A program made the position numbers and the translations under genes. A DNA stretch of 64,000 nucleotides, from the NCBI GenBank assembly GCA_047967505.1, contig CM106538.1; one strand, given 5' to 3'. Positions 36,201 to 45,200 of the stretch are shown in pieces. The notes beneath the pieces were generated by a model. The model saw only the letters and a program-made list of their open reading frames with translations, had not been told where the DNA came from and made no database searches. This DNA is from Dipteris shenzhenensis (lineage: Eukaryota). Every line of letters starts with the position of its first letter. The stretch's first letter is position 1.

Positions 36201-39200
36201 AGCCTCAGATTTCTATGCCACCCTTCTTATTGCTGATCCTGAGACACATGATAGAGAGGATGCTAGACAAGCTATTCGGCAGAGCATCCCTGTGTTGGTG
36301 AATCTGGGTATGCATGTTTTGCTCGATGCACCTTTCACCAACACAGAGTTCACGACTGCACTTTCAGCCCTTCACAAGGGCAAGTGCCCAGGTTCGGATG
36401 GCCTCACCCCGTCTTTTTTCATTGCATTTTGGGATATGATTGGAGACTACATTACTTCAGCCCTGCAAGCCATTTGGGACTCTAGCGAGATGCCTGGGTC
36501 GCTTACAGAGGGTCTCATCCACCTTATCCCGAAAGGAGGTTGCAGAAATTCAGTGTCCCAATGGAGGCCTATCACACTTCTGGGAACTTGTTACAAGATT
36601 CTGGCCAAGGCAATCAGCCTCCGATTGCAGCCCCTTCTCCCTGATCTTATTCATGACACTCAGACGGGATTTGTGCATGGCAGAAGCATTTTTTATAACA
36701 TTTTCTCTTTTTGGGAAGCTTCAGAGTGGGCCATGCAGAGTGGCCAGAATCTAGCCATTCTTCTTTTGGATTTTGAGAAAGCTTATGACAGAGTACATTG
36801 GGGTTTTTTGGAGGGCACCCATCTACGCTTTGGCTTTACTGATGCTTGAATCAAAGGTGTTTCCTCTTTGTACAGATCAGCCCACAGCTAGGTACTTATT
36901 GGTGGGGTAAGGGGTGAGAAATTTCAGAGTTCGAGATCAGTCCGTCAGGGATGCCCCCTTGCTCCTTTCCTTTTTTTGTTCGTGGCCGAAGCTATGAGTA
37001 TCTATGTTAGATCTCAAGCTGACATCTTTGGGCTGAGACTTCCCATCAGAAGGGAAGAGGAGCTACTTGACAGTGAGTTGGCAGATGACACAGCAGTTTA
37101 CTTGGATGCCACTCCACAGACGCTCACTTCTTTCAGGACAGCATTGGATTTATTTTGCTTGGCGGCAAGGGCACAGATAAATTGGCATAAATCCAATGGC
37201 TTTTGGATCAGTGATGAGGACACTCCAGTTTGGGGGCTTGACATAGGATTCACTTGGGTTCAGAGGGGTGTGCCTATCAGGTATTTGGGCTACTAGGTCG
37301 GCTTGGATATTTCTTCCACGCGGTAGTTTGTTCCCGTTTTGGAGAGCATCAGGAGGAAGCTTCTTTTTTGGAGCTCAGCCAAGCTGGATCTTGCCTCTAG
37401 AGTTGTGGTGGTCAACCAGGTCCTCTTGGCCACGACCTGGTTTGTTTGTTCATGCTGGTGCCGTTCTAGGGACTGCATCATTCAGCTCAGAAGACCGATC
37501 AGAAATTTTATTTGGAGTGGGCTTGATGGCACAGCAGATGCCTTAGCCAGGGTGGCTTGGGAGACCCTCATCCTCCCTACACAGGAAGGGGGTATCAATA
37601 TTATTGATCCAGATTTACAGTGCAAAGCTTTACTTTGCAAGATGGTGGTGCGGGGACTTATGCGAGGGTAGGAACTGTGCAAGGACTTTCTTATTAGCAG
37701 CATACAGAGGTGCACACCTTCATTAGGAGAAGACTGGATGAGCAGTGTTAGATGGATCTTCACCACAACACACCTCAGATCACCTTCGTCCCCTCTCATG
37801 GTTGCCATTCTGAAAGCTTGGGCTAGTTTCAGAAGCACTCTTCGGAGGATTCCTCCTTCCTATCATGAAGAGATTGATAGGCAACCCATCATGTGGAATG
37901 ACAGTATTTTAGATGATCATGGCAGACCACTGGGTGCCTCACTCTACATGCAGTGGTCCAGGCGGGAGAGGGGACCTGCATCATCGATGGGGTCTTGGAA
38001 AGCTTTCCGCAGGCTTCCAGAGGAGACCAAATTAAGGTTGACAGGACATCTTAGAGGGAGTGTAGGGAGGATCTTGCAGATTGAGGCAGCCCTTCCAGGG
38101 GTTTGGGTAGACACAGATGATATGCCACTCACTTCCTCCACTTGGGCAAGTACTTTTCGAGAGGCGGTGTTCCGCTTCAGGTTTTGGCCTTTCGAGATGC
38201 ACAGGAGGATGCTTTAGGTTTTTAGTGTCCAAGATGGTGGCAGATTGCTCAGGTCCACAGGGACATCTTGCTTGAGTCTGCTTTTCAGCCTATCAGGGTT
38301 GTAGGTCTTTTGGTGCAGGGATCAGATTCAAAGTGGTTCCTAGACCCAGACCCCCGACTACTCTCCACCGGGTCTTGGAGGCTTTGGCTCTATGGGGGAG
38401 TTCCCATCAGGTATTTGCAGTGGGACCCCGGAGAGTGGGAGTGGATTGACGTAGGGCATCGAGAGAAGAGCATCCCCTTCTTTCGTTACACGGTCAGTAA
38501 TGCCAGGAGATTTCAGCTCAGTAGTAGAGGTTGGAGACCTTCCAGAGTTCCTCATTGGGAGACATTTGATATCACTGCGGATCTGCAGAGGTGCTTCTGG
38601 AGGAGACTCTGGAAATCCCACAGGAATAGAAAGATCAGTATCTTCTTTTGGCTCTCTATCCATGGTGGGATTGCAGTGAACCTTTGGAGGTCCAGGTTCG
38701 GAGCCGACCCTACTTGCCCTTGCTGCCTCTCTGCTTCGGAGACTATTCAGCATTGCTTATGGGATTGCAGACAGGCGAGGATGATTTGGATGGGGGTAGC
38801 CAGGATTTTCAGTCACTTTGCCCACTCCCCATTCTTTATGACATGGGGCTCAGTGGCTTGGCTTTCTCTTACAGGGCCTCAGGTATTCTATGAGAGATTT
38901 GACTCCTCTCGGGCCATTTCGGTTCGACGTCATCAAACTGAGTCCTGTTCGTTGGATGTGGTACCACACCTTCCTTTTACAGCTGTACATGCCTCTATGG
39001 ATACTTCTTGGGAGATTCTAGCGAGCATAGCATCCTGGCATATTAGGAGAGCCAGATGCACAAAGGCTTTGGAGGGTACTCAAGTTCATTCCTCGCACAC
39101 ATTGGCTAGTATCTGGACAGACATCTGGACAGACACCGTACATACTTTGATGGCCGTATGGACGGGTATGCAGGGAGACTCCCGTGCAGCCTCAGCTAGG

Positions 39201-42200
39201 AGGGCTTCTTTCTTCAGGGAATGGAAGGATTCTCCTTTCTTCTCTGAGACTACTACAGGGTTGAGGTGGCACTTTCAGCCTCAGCCTTGGTTGTTTTTCA
39301 CCTCACTCTGAGGGGGTTTTTTTATTTATCCTCATGATTTCATGATGTATTCCGCTTTGAGCTTGCTCTCGCGGGTTTTTTCTCTTATTAATAGAAGTCT
39401 CTTTCTTGAAAAAAAAAAAAAAACTGTCTAGTACAGAATTTATAGCTTATCAAACGTTAAGTTAGAAAGTGGGAAAACAAATCATACAACAGGTGGGAGA
39501 GAAAGCACTCTATCCCTAGCCTCAACAATGTGGCAAAAAAGCCATGGAGGTGGTCTAAAATGCCACGACATCCCAAAAGGGGTCAAGTGAAAAAATAAAG
39601 AGCGTAAGAGCTGCTGCTCCTCCCCGTTCCCCTGCTGCTCCCCCTCCCTCAGCCCGTCTCTCTCCCTCCTCAGCCTGTCCCTAGCCCCTCCCTGCTGCTT
39701 CCCCCCCTCCCCCCCTGCTGCTCCGCCCCCTCCCCCTGCCTGTCCCTCGCTCCCTCCCTCTGTTCCCTGCTTCCGCCCCCTCCCCCTTGCTGTCCCGCCC
39801 CCTCTCCCTGTCTCCGTCCCCTCCCCCCTGCTGCTCCGCCCCCTCTCCCTGCCTCCGCCCCTCCCCCCTGCTGGTCCCCCCTGCCCCCTGCTGTCCCGTC
39901 CCCTCTCCCTACTGCTCCGTCCCCTCCCCCCTGCTGCTCCGCCCCCTCTCCCTGCCTCCGCCCCCTCCCCCCTGCTGCTCCCCCTCTCCCCCTGCCTCCG
40001 CCCCTTCCCCCCTGCTGCTCCGCTCCCTCTCCCTGCCTCCGCCCCCTCCCCCTTGCTGTCCCGCCCCCTCCCCTGCTGTCCCGTCCCCTCCCTGCTTGCT
40101 CTCCCGCCCCCTCTCTTCCTCTCACTCCTCCCTTTCTTCTCCTCTCCCTTCCCCTCCCTCCTTGCCCCTCTCCCCTCTCAGCCTTAGCCCCTCTCCTCCT
40201 TCCCTCCCCTTCCCCCCTGCTTCCTCCTAGCCTCCTTTCCCCTCCCTTGCCCCTCGCAGTTTTTTCAGAACGGAAGGAGCCTTTTTTTCTGTTCGAGTCG
40301 GCCTCCTCACCTTGATTGGCGATGGATTCCCCGTCAGCCAATCCTACTCCATCTCCACCGGCCGCGAAAACTATCACTTTCTCTAAAGACGAGTTGCAGC
40401 AGCTCAGGAAGGATGTAGAGATTGAGTGCTCTACCACTTTGTTAGCACGCATCTTCGGGTCTCACCCTTCCAGATCCCAAGCCAGAGACTGGATGCTTGC
40501 GGCTCTCCCCCCAGACCTCGCTCCTCGATTGGTAGATGTTCGCCTTCTGGGACGAGGTTTCTTCCAGGTTGTTTTTGACACTCCAGAGGCTGCGAGCACT
40601 GTGCTCAAGGCCGAGCTTTTACACCTGGGACACAGGAAGATCTTCTTTGAAGCCTTTCACCTTGGTTTCGACCCAGTTGAGGCAGATAAGAAATTCTTCT
40701 CGCTCTTCATCAGGTTCCCCGGGCTTCCCCAGGTTTACCATCGACTTCTTTCTGTTATTGGGGAGCATTTTGGCGTAGTTGCTGAGATCCCACCCCTCCC
40801 TGGGTTGCCATTGACTGCAGCAGAGGCAACCAAGGCTGATGGGGTTCCTAGAGTTAGGGTCCTTTGCAAGGATCCTAACCTCGAGATGGACCACGTCATG
40901 ATACAGCGCCCGGATGGTTCCTTTTTTCGCCAGAGAGTGGAGATTTCAGGCAGGCAGGACCAGTGCAGGATTTGCAGGACCTCGGGACACTTTGCCAGGG
41001 ATTGTCCCAGAAAGAAGAAAAGGCCTAAGAAGACCTCTGGTACAGCTACCGCCTCAGGGCATCGACAGGGGGGACAGGGGGGGAGATTAGACCCGGCACT
41101 TGCCCCTCGACCTCGACAGAGGGGTGGTACAGGTCCAGCTCCTGCTCCTCATTCTTCACGTGGCGGTCCTGCTCAGTCAGGTGGTGGTACAGGTCCAGTA
41201 CCTATTCCTCGGCCTCATCAGGGGGGTGGTACAGGTCCTGCTCCTCGACCCCCACCTCCCTCAGGCACACACGACGCTTTACAGTGGGTTCCAGTACGTG
41301 TGCAGGTCCCTCCTTCAGTTCACGAGGGTACCTTAGTAGACTCTGCTTCACCTCGAGCTGTCCTTCCTGTCTCACCTTGCACAGTCCGAGACGCTGAAGC
41401 TTCGACCTCCTCCCCAGTTGCAGCTTCTTCCTTAGATCCAGCACTGCCAGATGTTCCTCTTGAGGACCGAGAGATTTCCGCGGCTGGGCAGACACCGGGT
41501 AGAGAGCCTTCCTCACTCCCTCCCTTGGACAGGGGGAAGGGGATAGCTTACACTGTTGATCCTCTTCCCTCACAAGGGATCCTTCGTACTCCGGTGTCTG
41601 GATTGCTCCACAGGAACTCGTTTTCAGCCTTGGCAGAGAGTTCAGATTTCCCAGAGGAGGAGTTTGTGCCCGCTACTTTTGGGGAGCCAGTGGTTGGATT
41701 TCCTATTGACAGGGCTTCTTCTTCAGGTGCCAGGATTCTTTCCCCTATTGACTTTCCTCCACTGGGTTCCTTCCCTCCATCCAGGAGGTCTTCCCCTGTT
41801 GAGGGGTTTGTTTCCGCCACTAGGTCGGGTAAGGTGTTCCACTCTACATCCTCCCGTCGATGAGGATTATCAATTGGAACATACAGGGCCTAGGTGGCGT
41901 CCCACATCGCCGCCGCAGACAGCTGATCCGGGATCAGCTTCATCCAGGTGTTACTGGGGGTCCCATAGATATATTATTTATTCAAGAGCACAAGCTGGAT
42001 TATAGAGATTGTGCCAAGTCAGGCAAGTTGCTTTCAGGACATACTTTTTGGTCGCCTGCATTGGGCACTAGGGGAGGCACTTCTATTTCAGTTTCGCAGT
42101 CGGTTCTCCCCTTAGTTGTTGGGCACGGAGTCATTATCCCCTCTAGAGCTCAGTGGATTATTCTCTTGATTGGAGGGCGTAAGGTTGGCTTCCTCAACCT

Positions 42201-45200
42201 ATATGCCTCCAACATTAGAGGGGAACGTGTCCTTATGTGGAAGACCTTGCTCTCCTGGGCCCCCATTGTGGATTCTTGGGTGATTGGAGGTGACTTTAAC
42301 ATGGTCGAGTTACCTTCAGACAAAAAAGGGGGTAGAGAAGGCGGACTTCACTCTTTGGAGAGAGCAGCTTGGGATGCCTTCCTTTTCCATTTCTGTGGCA
42401 GAGATACTTGGTGTGATGATGCCTTTCTTATTCAGCCACAGTCCCTCCTGTTCTCTTGGTCGAACAGGAGGCAACAGATGCCTATTCATGCACGCATTGA
42501 CAGATTTTATGTAGATGACTGGGCACTAGACAGAGGGGGATCGGTATGCATTGCTGCGGGGGTTTCCACCTCAGACCATTTCCCTGTTGTTCTGGCTATC
42601 TCAGAGCCTCACTTGAGAGGCCGATCTGCCAGCATCAGGATCCCAGATGCCTTTTACACAGAGGAGGACCTTACAGAGGCAGCCCTACGGGTATGGTTTG
42701 CTCATGTCCAGGGAGGGCAGCCACATCCTTCACATTTAGCCGCTGCCCTCTCTGGTATTAGCGACTTTTACTGCTCAGTTGCTTCTACCAGGAGACGAGA
42801 TATTCTCAGACGTGAGATTGGTGTTCGCCAGCAGTTAGCAGCTTTGCAGAGGGAAGAGCAGAAACGGCCTTCAGATGCTTGGATTCAGGAGCGCCTTGCT
42901 GCAGCGAGGGCTCACTTGCAGTTATTGCTTGATCAGAGGGCAGAGTATGCCTTTCATGCACGGGAGTCCTTCTGGATTCAGATGGGTGGTAGAGTCAATA
43001 AACACTTCTTCTCTACTCTTGGCCCTAGACATAGTAGAGAGAGTGTATCTCAGCTTATTGACTCACATGGGGTTTTACAGACAGAGCCAGATGACGTCTT
43101 ACGCATAGCTTCAGATTTCTATGCCACCCTCCTTACTGCTGATCCTGAGACACACGATATAGAGGATGCTAGACAGGCTATTTGGCAGAGTATCCCAGTG
43201 TTGGTGAATCCGGATATGCATGTTCTACTTGACGCACCTTTCACCAACACAGAGTTCAGGACTGCACTTTCAGCCCTTCACAAGGGCAAGTGCCCAGGTT
43301 TAGATGGCCTCACTCCGTCTTTTTTCATTGCATTTTGGGATATGATTGGAGACTATATTACTTCAGCCATGCAGGCCATTTGGGACTCTGGCGAGATGCC
43401 TGAATCGCTTACAGAGGGCCTCATCCACCTTATCCCAAAAGGAGGTAGCAGAAATTTATTGTCCCAGTGGAGGCCTATCACACTTCTGGGGACTTGTTAC
43501 AAGATTCTGGCCAAGGCTATCAGCCTCCGATTGCAGCCACTTCTCCCTGATCTTATCCACGACACTCAGACGGGATTTGTGCATGGCAGAAGTATTTTTG
43601 ATAACATTTTTTCTTTCTGGGAAGCTTCAGAGTGGGCCGTGCAGAGTGGCCAGAATCTTGCCATTCTACTGTTGGATTTTGAAAAAGCTTATGACAGAGT
43701 AGATTGGAGTTTTTTGGAGGGCACCCTACTACGCTTTGGATTCACTGATGTTTGGATCAGAGGTGTTTCCTCTTTGTATAGATCAGCCCATAGCCAGGTA
43801 CTTATTGGTGGGGTAAGGGGTGAGAGATTTCAGATTTCGAGATCAGTCCGTCAGGGATGCCCCCTTGCTCCTTTCCTTTTTTTATTCGTGGCCGAAGCTA
43901 TGAGCATCTATGTTAGATCTCAAGCTGACATCTTTGGGCTGAGACTTCCTATCAGAAGAGAAGAGGAGCTGCTTGACAGTGAGTTGGCTGATGACACAGC
44001 GATTTATTTGGATGCCTCTCCACAGACATTGACTTCTTTCAGGACAGCATTGGATTTATTTTGCTTGGCGGCAGGGGCGCAGATAAATTGGCATAAATCC
44101 AATGGCTTTTGGATCAGTGATGAGGACACTCCAGTTTGGGGATTTGACATAGGGTTCACTTGGGTTCAGAGGGGTGTGCCTATCAGGTATTTGGGCTGCC
44201 AGGTCGGCTTGGGTATTTCTACCACGCAGCAGTTTGCTCCCGTGTTGGAGAGCATCAGAAGGAAGCTTCTCTTTTGGAGCTCAGCCAAGCTGGATCTTGC
44301 CTCTAGAGTTGTGGTGGTCAACCAGGTCCTCTTGGCCACGGCCTGGTTTATTTGTTCATGTTGGTGCCGTTCTAGGGACTGCATCATTCAGCTCAGAAGA
44401 CCGATCAGGAACTTTCTCTGGAGTGGGCTTGATGGCACAGCAGATGCCTTAGCCAGAGTGGCTTGGGAGACCCTCATCCTCCCTACACAGGATGGGGGTC
44501 TCAATATTATTGATCCAGATTTACAGTGCAGAGCCTTACTTTGCAAGATAGTGGTGCGAGGACTTATGCCAGGACAGGAACCGTGGAAGGACTTTCTTAT
44601 CAGCAGCATACAGAGGTGCACACCTTCCTCAGGAGGAGACTGGATGAGCAGTGTTAGATGGATTTTCACCTTAGCACACCTCAGATCACCTTCATCCCCT
44701 CTCATGGTTGCCATTCTGAAAGCTTGGGCTAGTTTCAGAAGCTCTCTTCGGAGGATTCCTCCTTCCTCCTGGGAAGAGATTGATAGGCAGCCCATCATGT
44801 GGAACGACAGTATTTTAGATGATCGTGGCAGACCACTGGGTGCCTCACTCTACATGCAGTGGGCCAGGTGGGAGAGGGGACCTGCTTCTTCTTTGGGATC
44901 TTGGAAAGCCTTCCGTAGGCTTCCAGAGGAAACCAAGTCAAGGTTGACAGGACATCTCAGAGGGAGTGCAGGGAGGATCTTGCAGATTGAGTCAGCCCTT
45001 CCAGAGGCTTGGATAGACACAGATGATATGCCTCTCACTACCTCCACTTGGGCAGGTACTTTCTCGAGAGGCGGGGTTCCACTTCAGGTCTTAGCCTTCC
45101 GAGGTGCACAGGAGGATGCTTTGGTTTTCAGTGTCCAGGATGGTGGCAGATTGCTCAGATCTACAGATGATATATTGCTTGAGTCTGCTTTTCAGCCTAT

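Larger units (their letters stand above)
32746..39420 (+). mobile_element. Full-length L1 LINE copy A1 (intact ORF1, decayed ORF2)
   Basis: TSD aaactgtctagtac at 32732-32745 and 39421-39434; C-rich 5'UTR, ORF1, ORF2, 3'UTR, poly-A. Confidence 0.93.
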
